Below, piece after piece: positions 1-9,400 of a stretch of 64,000 nt of DNA (its first letter is position 1; each line of letters begins with the position of its first letter). The translations under genes were made by a program, and so were the position numbers. A model generated the notes under the pieces. The model did no database searches. It had not been told where the DNA came from and saw nothing but the letters and a program-made list of their open reading frames with translations. This DNA comes from Pseudomonadota bacterium (GTDB taxonomy: Bacteria; Bdellovibrionota_F; JAHFAK01; JBDREC01). The stretch lies in the NCBI GenBank assembly GCA_043820105.1, contig JBDREC010000095.1:28898-92897 (forward strand). The letters are read 5' to 3'.

Positions 1-22
1 GCCAGAGGATTTTAATTAAACA

Positions 23-1660
23 ATGAAGTTTTTAAAAAACAACTGGATTCTTGTATTAGGAATAATATTAAGCATAATTATTTGCTTAAAAACAGATCCA
101 ATTAGCAGAAACCAGTCTCATCTAGTTAGAATGTACTTAGCAATATATTCTGCTCTTTGTTTAATTTTTTATTTTATAGTAAGAAATAAATTATTGCCCT
201 TTAAAGAAATGCTTAAAAAGCGTTCTTATTTATCAAATATATTTTTTGCACTAATTATATTTGGTTCAATTGTTGGAATTTTTAATTATTACCAATTTGA
301 TAAGAAAGTTTTCGCAACAGTTGGAGATCATTCTGACGTTACTTATTATTATATAAACTCTAAATATTTTAATGAACTTGGTTACTATAATTTATATCCT
401 GCGATCTTAATTGCAGATTCAGAACTAGCTAACAAACTAAATTACATAAAAAAATATAGAGATTTAAAAACTTATAAAATGGTAAAAACAAGACATGCCT
501 TTAATAATTCATCTAGAATAAAAGCAAAATTTTCAGATACGAGATGGAAAGAATTTAGAAAGGAAATAAATTTCCTCATAAGTAAAAATATAGCTGGTGG
601 CTGGAAATATTTTTTTATAGATCATGGCTACAACCCACCTCCAACCTGGACAATCGTTGGTGGGAGTTTGGCCAAGCTTGTTCCTGTTACAAAACTAAAA
701 TATATCACAACAGTAGATTTGCTTCTTATTATTTTAATGTTCATTTTAATAGCAAAAAGCTTTGGCCTAATTCCAATGTTTTTCTCGATTCTATTTTTTA
801 TTTGCACCTTTAGCGGTAGATGGCCCATTCTTGGTCAGGCTTTGTTGCGTTTTGACTGGCTCGTTTGTTTAGTTTCTTCAGTTTGCTTTTTAAAATTAAA
901 CAAACATCTTAGCTCTGGTTTATTAATGATGTACTCGGCATTAAATCGGATCTTTCCCGCGATATTTTTCTTTCCTTATTTCATAAAAATTATTCATGGG
1001 CTTATAAAAGATAAAAAGCTCTGCATAAAAAGCAAAAAATTTATTATTGGCTCAACAATTAGCTTTGTCTTGCTAGTTGGAAGCTCCTTAATATTCTTAG
1101 GCCCCTCTGCATATATCGAATCCCAAGAAAACATTAAACTTCATGCATCAGCAGAATCCTACAGTTCCCATAGGGTAGGCTTAGGCGACGCCTTACTTTT
1201 TCGCTTTGAAACATCAAGGAAGGAAATGAATAAAAATGGTGGAATTGATCAAAAAAGAAAAGACTTAGAAACAATTATGCCGGCTCTAAAATTACTAGCT
1301 CTTTTTTGTCTAATTTTTTTGGCTATATACATTATTAAATCAAAACTACCTGTTTACAGTTTGATTCCCTTATTAATAATTCCGCTTTTTATTTTAACAA
1401 ATCCTCAGATTAATTATTATAATTTAAGATTGCTGCTTATTTTATGGCACTTTGATAATCCAAAACTAATAAGAAATAAGCTAGGCTTAATAATACTGTT
1501 TGCAATTGAAGCGATCACCCAACTAACACATGTTTTAGGATATACAAGATATACAGTTACTTGTACAACTTCTTTAGGGCTGCTTATTTATTTCATTTTT
1601 ATAATAACAAACCTAAGCATTGACTTAATTAAAAACAGTAAACAAAAAGTTTCTTTTTAA
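23..1660 (+). CDS. polytopic integral membrane protein, tandem paralog 1 (possibly GT-C-type glycosyltransferase; function unassigned)
   Basis: 545-aa ORF with more than 10 hydrophobic segments. Shares the SKYFNELGY motif, a GYN(P/G)xP motif and the overall hydropathy layout with the next ORF. Confidence 0.6.
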   Translation: MKFLKNNWILVLGIILSIIICLKTDPISRNQSHLVRMYLAIYSALCLIFYFIVRNKLLPFKEMLKKRSYLSNIFFALIIFGSIVGIFNYYQFDKKVFATVGDHSDVTYYYINSKYFNELGYYNLYPAILIADSELANKLNYIKKYRDLKTYKMVKTRHAFNNSSRIKAKFSDTRWKEFRKEINFLISKNIAGGWKYFFIDHGYNPPPTWTIVGGSLAKLVPVTKLKYITTVDLLLIILMFILIAKSFGLIPMFFSILFFICTFSGRWPILGQALLRFDWLVCLVSSVCFLKLNKHLSSGLLMMYSALNRIFPAIFFFPYFIKIIHGLIKDKKLCIKSKKFIIGSTISFVLLVGSSLIFLGPSAYIESQENIKLHASAESYSSHRVGLGDALLFRFETSRKEMNKNGGIDQKRKDLETIMPALKLLALFCLIFLAIYIIKSKLPVYSLIPLLIIPLFILTNPQINYYNLRLLLILWHFDNPKLIRNKLGLIILFAIEAITQLTHVLGYTRYTVTCTTSLGLLIYFIFIITNLSIDLIKNSKQKVSF

Positions 1661-1681
1661 AAAAAGGTTATTCTATTTTAT

Positions 1682-3241
1682 ATGCCTTATAACATAATAA
1701 ATCCTGATACAGCATATAAAATTCAAATGATAGCGGTTATTCTTTGCACACTGGTTTTATTTACAAAAATATTTTTTTCTAAAATCAAAACAACAAATTA
1801 TAAATTTGCTCTAATTAAAAAAGTGTTAAATAGTTTAATCGTTATATTTGTTTTGTTTATGTCTATAAACTATTTCTATATTTCAAGAGCCAGCGAACAT
1901 TATATTCATAGATGGGATATGTATCACACTGTTATTGGATCAAAATACTTCAATGAACTTGGTTATACAAAGCTATATGAATGCACTTTATTTTATAATG
2001 AAAAAACCCTTCATTTTTTTACGCCTCCCGCAAGAGCAAGAAATTTATTAACTTTAAATTATGAGACCACCAAAAAACTTTTAAAAAAAAGCAATTGCAA
2101 TTCTATCTTTTCACAAGAGCGTCAAAAGGAATTTATAAATGATTTAAAAACATTCAATGATATTACATATCCAGAGTTTTGGAAAGAAATATTCTTAGAC
2201 AAGGGCTATAATGGCTCGCCATTTTACACCTTTCTAATCTCAAATATTACTAACGTTGTACCAATAAGTTATAATTCCTTATTGGCCTTATCTTGTATAG
2301 ATATTGTCCTTGTTTTAATTGCCTTTACATTTGTGCTTTGGGCCTTTGGATATAAAATGGCTCTTTTATCTTTTATATTTTTCACGCTCAACTTCCCCAA
2401 CAGATATGTTCATATGGGAGCATCAATATTACGTTTTGATTATATTGCTTATACAATAATTGCTTTATGTCTTTATCGAAAAAACAAATTCAAAACATCA
2501 GCCTTTTTATTGGCCCTTGCCTCTGTCATAAGAATGTTTCCTGTTTTATTTGCCTTAGGTTTTATTATCAAAGCCTTAATGGAATTTTCAAAAACAAAAA
2601 AAATCAAAATAAAATATTTAAATTTCATCCTATCATTTATAATCTCACTAGCTTTGCTTCTTGGGGCTTCGCTTACTTTTGGACCAGGAGTTAAAGCCTG
2701 GCAAAAGTTCTTTACAAACATGAAAATTCATAACCAACAAAGTGCGGGCTTTAGAATTGGTTTTAAAAATCTTTTCATGTTTAAGGGTGAAATAACAAAG
2801 AAAGACCGTTTTGTTTCTTATCAAAAAAAGGCCAATGCCTTTGCAAAAGTAAAAGTCTATTTTTATATATGTTTTGCTATCTTTTTGATCCTGGCTTTTA
2901 TGATTATGAATAAATTAGAAGACCTTGATGCTTCAATTTTGTTTGGGGTTTTTACTTTTTATCTCTACTTCTGTTCAACACGATATTATTACTCAATTCT
3001 TGTTCTCTTAATCCTATTTCTCTACAAATATAGAAACGAACTATTCTCACAAGTCTCAACTCTACTTCTATTTCTAATATCTGCGATCGCTTTTGTGGCA
3101 AACTACTACAACAACTTTGATCCTTTCATATATAATTATCTTTTATCTTTCATGCTTTTGGTCTATTTCTTATATCTAATTATATTCTTAATACTTAAGT
3201 TTAAAGTTTGGAGGTTTTTGAATCCTAAAATTAATTATTAA
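1682..3241 (+). CDS. polytopic integral membrane protein, tandem paralog 2
   Basis: 519-aa ORF 21 nt downstream of paralog 1. Carries SKYFNELGYTKLYE and LDKGYNGSPFY motifs and many TM helices. Its stop codon lies inside the AATTATT heptamer array. Confidence 0.6.
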   Translation: MPYNIINPDTAYKIQMIAVILCTLVLFTKIFFSKIKTTNYKFALIKKVLNSLIVIFVLFMSINYFYISRASEHYIHRWDMYHTVIGSKYFNELGYTKLYECTLFYNEKTLHFFTPPARARNLLTLNYETTKKLLKKSNCNSIFSQERQKEFINDLKTFNDITYPEFWKEIFLDKGYNGSPFYTFLISNITNVVPISYNSLLALSCIDIVLVLIAFTFVLWAFGYKMALLSFIFFTLNFPNRYVHMGASILRFDYIAYTIIALCLYRKNKFKTSAFLLALASVIRMFPVLFALGFIIKALMEFSKTKKIKIKYLNFILSFIISLALLLGASLTFGPGVKAWQKFFTNMKIHNQQSAGFRIGFKNLFMFKGEITKKDRFVSYQKKANAFAKVKVYFYICFAIFLILAFMIMNKLEDLDASILFGVFTFYLYFCSTRYYYSILVLLILFLYKYRNELFSQVSTLLLFLISAIAFVANYYNNFDPFIYNYLLSFMLLVYFLYLIIFLILKFKVWRFLNPKINY

Positions 3242-3324
3242 TTGTTAATTGTTAATTATTGATTATTTTAGGACTCAATTCCAATTTCCAACAATCAACA
3301 ATCAATTTTCAATTCTCAATTATT
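3233..3324. repeat. 7-nt-phased AT-only repeat element forming an imperfect hairpin between convergent genes
   Basis: Left arm is AATTATT AATTGTT AATTGTT AATTATT GATTATT (3233-3267). Right arm is CAATTCC AATTTCC AACAATC AACAATC AATTTTC AATTCTC AATTATT (3276-3324). The 26-nt core 3296-3321 is identical to 12618-12643. Confidence 0.85.
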
Positions 3325-3773
3325 GGATCAAAACCATTTTGTCGAATGGATTCATATACCACAATACCAACAGCATTAGCCAAATTCAAAGATCTAACAT
3401 TTGAACTAATCGGAATCTTAAAAAATCTCTCAGGAAATTTACTAAACAAATAATCAGGCAAACCAATTGTTTCGCAACCAAAGATAAGATAGCTTTCTTT
3501 TGGATAAGAAACTTCAGTGTAAACTTTTTTGGCTTTCTTGCTAAAGAAAAATAAATATTTATCAGGCACACGATCAACGATTTCTTCAATTGTTTCAACA
3601 CTGGTCAGCTTTAGATCTTTCCAATAATCAAGCCCTGCTCTTCGAACAGCCTTGTCGTCAATAGAAAAACCTAGTTTGCCAACCAAAAAAAGTCTGCTAT
3701 TTGTTGCAACCGAAAGTCTGGCTATATTGCCTGTATTTTGTGGGATTTCGGGGCTTAGGAGAACTATGTTCAA
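3309..3773 (-). CDS. trmL: tRNA (cytidine/uridine-2'-O)-methyltransferase TrmL (SpoU family)
   Basis: 154 aa. MNIVLLSPEIPQNTGNIARL...RRAGLDYW...SLNLANAVGIVVYE is collinear with E. coli TrmL/YibK as I recall it. Confidence 0.9.
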   Translation of the reverse strand: MNIVLLSPEIPQNTGNIARLSVATNSRLFLVGKLGFSIDDKAVRRAGLDYWKDLKLTSVETIEEIVDRVPDKYLFFFSKKAKKVYTEVSYPKESYLIFGCETIGLPDYLFSKFPERFFKIPISSNVRSLNLANAVGIVVYESIRQNGFDPIIEN

Positions 3774-3819
3774 ATTACTTCCTCTTATTTTAATATTAAT
3801 TGTTAATTAAGGGCAACCA

Positions 3820-4812
3820 CTAAACATGCAATTCAATACAATCTTCATCCTCAAGCACATAATCCTTATTCACCCTCTGCCCATCATATTTTCCTTCACC
3901 CCAAATGCAGGCAAACTTCATTTTATCAACAAATTCTTTGTGAACAGATTTTGCAAAGTCTAGAAGTGTTGATCCTCTTTTGAAAATAAATGGCTGACTT
4001 CTATCTGGTTTTTTCCCACGAGCTTTTGAATAAACTCTTACAATGTTCATAAGTTCAAATATCCTTCTTGGAATTGTACCAATTGTTTTTTCATCCAAAA
4101 AACTTACAGGATAAAGATCAAAATCTTTGCCCAACTCTTTTTCGAAAAGTTCGAAAATTACTTCATCTGGATCAAGATCCATTTTAGTTATAAATATAAT
4201 AGTTTTTTTATATGCAAGGGAAAGCGAGGTTTCTTCAGGTTCATTTTTTCCAAAAAGAATCATCTTCTTTTCTTTTAAAAGCTCTTTGCACTTTTCAAAG
4301 TCACCTAAAGTATCTGTTGCTCCCATATCTAAAAACAAAATTACAATATCAGAATTCCTAATATTATTAAAAACCCAATATTCGCAATATTCATCAGACA
4401 AAGGGGGAAGATCAATAAGTTGAAACTGCACATTTTCAAATTGCAGCATTCCAGCAAGTGGCGCTCTGGTTGTAAAAGCAAATTCAGCGATTTCAGGAGA
4501 AGCGTTTGTAGATAAATCAACAAAGCTAGATTTTCCTGAGTTGGGTAAGCCAACGAGAGCAATTTGGGCTGCCCCTTCTTTTTTAATATGAAACTTAGCA
4601 TCAGAACCTGAACTTTTGCCAGATGATTTTTCACTTTGGTTTTTGAACTTAGAAAGCTTTTTCCTAAGATCTGCTTGCATTTTATCAGTTCCCTTATGCT
4701 TAGGAATCACAGCAAGCATGTGTTCAAGGGCCGCAATCTTTTCTTCATTAGTAGCTGCTTTTTTAAATGCTTCTTCTGCTTGTTTGTAAATTGGGGTTAG
4801 GTTTGCTGGCAT
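3820..4812 (-). CDS. DRG/Rbg-type (COG1163-like) GTPase with C-terminal TGS domain
   Basis: 330 aa. G1 is GLPNSGKSS and G4 is TKMD. The C-terminal TGS-like segment RVYSKARGKKPD...WGEGKYDGQRVNKDYVLEDEDCIELH and the N-terminal helical region resemble eukaryotic/archaeal DRG. G3 reads DLPP instead of DxxG. Confidence 0.75.
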   Translation of the reverse strand: MPANLTPIYKQAEEAFKKAATNEEKIAALEHMLAVIPKHKGTDKMQADLRKKLSKFKNQSEKSSGKSSGSDAKFHIKKEGAAQIALVGLPNSGKSSFVDLSTNASPEIAEFAFTTRAPLAGMLQFENVQFQLIDLPPLSDEYCEYWVFNNIRNSDIVILFLDMGATDTLGDFEKCKELLKEKKMILFGKNEPEETSLSLAYKKTIIFITKMDLDPDEVIFELFEKELGKDFDLYPVSFLDEKTIGTIPRRIFELMNIVRVYSKARGKKPDRSQPFIFKRGSTLLDFAKSVHKEFVDKMKFACIWGEGKYDGQRVNKDYVLEDEDCIELHV

Positions 4813-4821
4813 AATAAAATT

Positions 4822-4860
4822 AATTCAAAATTAAAAATTCAAGATTCAAAATTACAATTG
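4822..4860. repeat. AATTCAA-type 7-nt-phased repeat array
   Basis: AATTCAA AATTAAA AATTCAA GATTCAA AATTACA ATTG. 33 of the first 34 nt equal the reverse complement of 63701-63739. Confidence 0.85.
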
Positions 4861-4884
4861 TCATCCTGAACTTGTTTCAGGATC
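4860..4884. repeat. small palindromic element GTCATCCTGAACTTGTTTCAGGATC
   Basis: 8-bp stem ATCCTGAA/TTCAGGAT (4863-4870 / 4876-4883) with a 5-nt loop. The reverse strand reads ILKQVQDD, a peptide I recall from spurious ORF calls on a widespread short bacterial repeat. Confidence 0.5.
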
Positions 4885-5249
4885 CCATTAGTAAAATTGT
4901 AATTAAAAATTCTATTATTTGATAACATTACTTTTGTGATTAAATCAATGAAAAAAATTAGATTACTCTCTGACTCAAAATTTATTTCTCCTTGCAGGGC
5001 CTCAGATTCGAAGCTTTCTAAGTCTCCACATCCGATATAGAGCGTTTGAACAATTATTAATAAAAATGTAAGGAAAAATTATATTAAAAAAGAATTCGGA
5101 TCAAATTCAGGTTCAAATTTGAAATTATTTATAAATATTCAACTGGCCACAACTTTTGCAGAAATTTACTGGCTTTAATGATCTCAATATTTCCAACTTT
5201 CTTTTCTCTTTTTAGGTTAAGAACAACCTGGCAAGCTGTTAATTTATAT

Positions 5250-5618
5250 TTATCCTGAAAAGATTATTTTTATTTCTTCAAGGTAGAGTTTAAAAATTTC
5301 TAAATATTCACTTTCTTCTAAACCAAAATAATCATGAGTGCCAATGTTCCTAGCTTCAATAAACCTAAACCACAACTTAACTTCTGAAATTTTTCCAATC
5401 TTAGCTGCTTTTCTAATTGCCTCTTTGGGAGAAGGTGCCTCTAACCCTTCATCTTCTACAATTTTTTTTAATTCTTTCCATGCATATTCTATAGAAATTT
5501 CAAAGGTTTTTGCTAAAGCTAAAAAAGCAAAATGACTCTCATTGCCATCTTTTTTGCTTTCGTAGAACTTAAATGCATTTTTAAAATCTACAATAGATTC
5601 ATTAAATTTATTATTCAT
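5250..5618 (-). CDS. HEPN-domain protein (HI0074-family nucleotidyltransferase substrate-binding protein), toxin of a HEPN/MNT pair
   Basis: 122 aa with an R-x4-H motif (RNIGTH) near the C-terminus. Sits 1 nt downstream of the MNT gene. Confidence 0.8.
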   Translation of the reverse strand: MNNKFNESIVDFKNAFKFYESKKDGNESHFAFLALAKTFEISIEYAWKELKKIVEDEGLEAPSPKEAIRKAAKIGKISEVKLWFRFIEARNIGTHDYFGLEESEYLEIFKLYLEEIKIIFSG

Positions 5619-5619
5619 A

Positions 5620-6192
5620 TTATTTTCCTTCTTTTAATTGGGCAATTTTTAGCAAAAACCTCTTAAAAGCCATTTTTTTTCCTTTTAGAAAAGTTATTGA
5701 TTCATCTAGCTCTTTTATAAACCAGTCAGGTGCTGCATCTAAATTAATAAGATCAATTTCAATTTCCAAATTATCTGCTAAATCACCTACTATAGATTTC
5801 ATGTCTAAAAAAGTTATTCCATTTATTTTCTTTTCATTTGATAAAACTCCCAAGTCGCAATCAGAATATCTAGTAGATGTTCCCTTTGCTCTTGATCCTA
5901 ATAGTACGATACTCGTGTCAGGAAATTTTTTCAATAATTCGTCAATTATTAAACTAATCCCAAATTCTTCAAGTGTTATCTTTGCTTCACTTTCATCAAT
6001 AAGCTCAAAGGGACTAACATTTAAGGATTTTGCTATAGCTAAGAACTGATCACTAAATATCTTCTTTTTTCCTGTTAAATAATCATAAATAGTATTTCGA
6101 TGAATTTTTGTGCGTTTAGAGAATTGAGAAATAGAAAGAAAGCCGAGTCTAATTAACTGTATTCGGAATTTTTTTTCGTTGAATGTATACAT
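5620..6192 (-). CDS. XRE-type HTH fused to a minimal nucleotidyltransferase (MNT), antitoxin of the HEPN/MNT pair
   Basis: GSRAKGTSTRYSDCDLGV matches the G-S-x(9-13)-D-x-D NTase motif. The N-terminal ISQFSKRTKIHRNTIYDYLTG segment is HTH-like. The ORF-track start at 6252 adds an implausible hydrophobic 20-aa extension that overlaps the candidate operator, so ATG 6192 is preferred. Confidence 0.75.
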   Translation of the reverse strand: MYTFNEKKFRIQLIRLGFLSISQFSKRTKIHRNTIYDYLTGKKKIFSDQFLAIAKSLNVSPFELIDESEAKITLEEFGISLIIDELLKKFPDTSIVLLGSRAKGTSTRYSDCDLGVLSNEKKINGITFLDMKSIVGDLADNLEIEIDLINLDAAPDWFIKELDESITFLKGKKMAFKRFLLKIAQLKEGK

Positions 6193-6236
6193 AACAATAA
6201 TAATAGCATACCAGATCAAATATTGCAATATATTAT

Positions 6237-6264
6237 TGTACAGCATGTACACAAAACAAGTACA
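6237..6264 (-). promoter_or_regulatory. candidate operator of the HTH-MNT/HEPN operon (TGTACA repeats)
   Basis: TGTACAGCATGTACA (6237-6251) plus a third GTACA at 6260-6264, 45-70 nt upstream of ATG 6192. On the minus strand it lies between TTGTTT and TAATAT hexamers. Confidence 0.35.
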
Positions 6265-6399
6265 TCACAAATTGACATATTAAAATCATTATTCTTTTTA
6301 ATATAATTTTTTTTACATCTTTAGCAAAGAAAGAGTCTTTTTAAAATAATCACTAAAGTTAACAACATGTTTTCATATCTCTTTTTACGGTTCTTTGTT

Positions 6400-6415
6400 T
6401 GGCACAATTCTTGTA
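6400..6415 (+). promoter_or_regulatory. near-consensus sigma-54 promoter upstream of the toxin gene
   Basis: TGGCAC-AATTC-TTGTA. The -24 element and spacing are perfect. The -12 element has GT instead of the conserved GC. Located 40 nt upstream of ATG 6455. Confidence 0.3.
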
Positions 6416-6454
6416 ATTAATATTTGCAGGTTATTACTTATGGGAAGAGACATT

Positions 6455-9400
6455 ATGAAAAAGCAAAATATTATTGTACTATTTTCTTCAATTTTAATCT
6501 TAATCATAATTTTAAATCATAATCTAAGAGCTCAAGATGCTTGCACTGATTTACAAACATATAGATCCTCATTTGTTGTAGATTCATCAGAAAAATATGA
6601 CAAATGGAATATGGGTGCATTAAGTGAAATGATTTCTGAACCTGGTTTAATTGATAAATGGAGGAGCTGGTCATATGAAACATGGTGGGGAACAGATCAC
6701 ACTTCTGGTGGAAACAGATATGATGATGTGATTTCTCCTGCATGTAGAATTATGCTAGCCAAGGTTGCTACTGCTGAAATGGATAAATATATTTCCCTTC
6801 AAGAAGCCTTTTGCCAAGATGGAAGCACTCAGAAACATAGATGTGAAGGCGAAGCTGAGCTTAAAAAAATTAAGACACAGCAAGCAAAACTAAAAGCCCA
6901 AACTAATAAAATGGCCCAAGTAATAAGCTCACAATTCGGAAGCCTCCCTCCAATGGTTCAAAAAAGTAATACTGATTCAAATGGAAATGCTGCTAAATAT
7001 TATGACTTTGATTGCTCAAATTCAAGATGGTGCTCAAAACAACAATCTGGTGTTAACACCGCTGCTGAAACAGTTACAAGCTCAAGACAAGAAATTAATC
7101 ATAATAATAATCAAGTTCTAGAACAAATGCAAAGATCAAGTTCAAGCTCAAGAACTTGTCCCAATGAAGCTGTTATAGAATTAAGCAATGAAATCCTTAA
7201 TGATATTCCTTATACTCCAAGCAAAGAAAAAAAGCATTTTAGAGACCTTTGCAAGCAAGATCCTATTGGTCCACAAATACAAAGTTATGGTTATAAAATG
7301 TCATATGATCCTGATGGCGATTTGGCGGCAACAGGAAGCTCCTTATTGGGGGCTGTTTCAGAACTTGGGGGAATTTATGGTAAAGCTGCAAGAATAGCAG
7401 GTTTTGACACTCATATTGATTCAATAAACACTGGACAAAAAAGGTCCACCTTAACTTCATTTAAAGAAACACTAATGAAAAACCAATGGGCATATATGAA
7501 TACTGAAGAAAGAAATGCTGCTCAATCGACATTAGAAAAAAGTGGTCTTTCAGGGGATGAAAGTTTATCAATGACGGCACCATATGTTGGAGACAATAAA
7601 AGAGGAACAGCGAATCATATGTCATATTTTAAAGATTTATCAAAACTTGACCCTTCAAAACCAGATGATTTTATTCCTTATATGTCATCATCTTTATTTA
7701 AAAAACATATAGCAGATAAGGCTGATAATGGTGAAAAATGGATCCCTGAAGCAGCAAAACTTTGTATTATCTTAGATAAAGAAGAAAACATTGATGAAAT
7801 GGGTAAAATGGCAAGAGAAATGGTCCTTGGAACAGTAATTTCAGGAATCCTAATGTCAGCAACAGCAGCCTCGCGCGGATCAAGCTATGCAACAACAACA
7901 GCAATTGGCATTGGTGTAGATTCCTCTATCTTTGCCAAATCTTATATGACTGCAAGGTCTGACTATAGGGAGGCACTAGAAAAAAGACACCTAGTTGGTG
8001 ATGAACATATTGAGGAAATGAGACAACGATTGGAAAATGCAGAAAGTGAAGCTCTCTGGGGAATGGGATTTTCAATTGCAATAAATGGTATTACTGGAGG
8101 TGGCGGAGCAATGTTTACCCAAAACATGGGAAGAAGCTTAATAAAAAATGTTAGTGGAGAATTCACAGAAAAAGGCGCAAAAGCAGCTGAAGACTATTTA
8201 AGAAATGAATTAAAAAGGAGTCTTTGGGGAAAAGAACTAATAGGAGCAATGAAAAAGTTTTTAAATGAGGCCGGCACTGGCGCAATAGGAAAATTAAAGA
8301 AAAGTCTTGTTAAATATTTGAAGAAAAAAGGAATACCAACAGATCAAGCAGAAGAAGTTTTTAACATCATAGTAAAAGTGCTAAAAGATGAAGCAGAAGA
8401 AGGTCTTGAACTGGCTTCAAAAGCTAGCACAGCGCAAACAAGTTCAAGAGCAAGCGCTACGATGTCAAGACCAGCTATCCAGGGAGCTGCTCATGAGCTT
8501 ACCACTAAAAATATCGATGATTTGGCGAGTGCCCGAATGGCAAGATCTGTTTATCCAGTAAGAGAAGTTTTTGAAAATGCTAGCTTAGGACAAAAAGAAA
8601 GATTAGCAAGAGCAGCAGCTGATTTAGGAATGAATAAATTTTCAAGAAAACAAAGCGCTGCTTTAATCGCAGCTCATAATATTGGTTCAAATGAATCAGA
8701 ATCAGTTTTTCGATATACATCAAAACAACTAAGTGAAAAATTAAATATATTAAAAAATGGAGGCTTTACTTTAAAAGAAGCAAAAATGCTAATGCAAAAA
8801 GGTTATGCAGGAAGTCTTGGAACTCAAAATAAAATTGTAGATCTTGGGGGAGGACTTAAAATAAATACTAAAAAAGTAGATAAGCATTATAGTTACACAC
8901 TTAAAAATCCAAAAATAGTAGGAAAAAGAGAACATAAGCTAATAAAAGCAGCTATTTTAGAAAAAGCAAGACAGGCATTTGATTCAACTGTAATCGCTGA
9001 TTCATCAGAAATGGCTTTAAGAAAAGGCTTTTTAAAGCAAGTAGACAATTCCGTAGATAAAATGTTTAGTGCTGGCAGATTATCATTTAATTCAATTGAT
9101 GAATTTTCTAAAAAAAGAAAAATATTATGGAATATGTATAAAGATCAACACTCCAAAGCTCTTAAAAAAAGAAAAAGTAGAGTTAAAATTATTGATGTTA
9201 AACATTTCCCAGCAAGTTCAAATCAAACAGGTTCTCAGGCTATAAAAAAAATAGCTAGCTCTAAGGATAATTTAGAACTTGTATTAAAAAAACGATACGA
9301 TGATGCAGTTAGGTATGCTGACGAGAATTGGGAAGAGATATTTGATGACCTTGAACTAGACCTCAAAGGCAAACCCCAAACTAAGCAAAAAGCTAATGAA

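Noticed and set aside
4886-5249. Possible gene in the 390-nt spacer between the palindromic element and the HEPN gene
   Set aside because: On the minus strand there is a stop-to-stop frame of about 75 codons (..GDLESFESEALQGEINFESESNLIFFIDLITKVM..), and the plus strand has a 29-codon ORF. The long frame has no ATG/GTG/TTG start near its 5' end and runs into the palindromic repeat. No domain signal was seen. It could be a decayed gene, but this is unsupported.
6193-6252. ORF-track N-terminal extension of the HTH-MNT gene (MYMLYNNILQYLIWYAIIIV)
   Set aside because: It is a hydrophobic, low-complexity extension upstream of a complete HTH domain, and it overlaps the TGTACA repeat operator candidate. 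ATG 6192 is preferred, though this is unproven.
6395-6454. ORF-track N-terminal extension of the toxin (MFGTILVINICRLLLMGRDI)
   Set aside because: The extension precedes a textbook signal peptide that starts at ATG 6455 with its own RBS. It also overlaps the -24/-12-like element. It was treated as non-coding.
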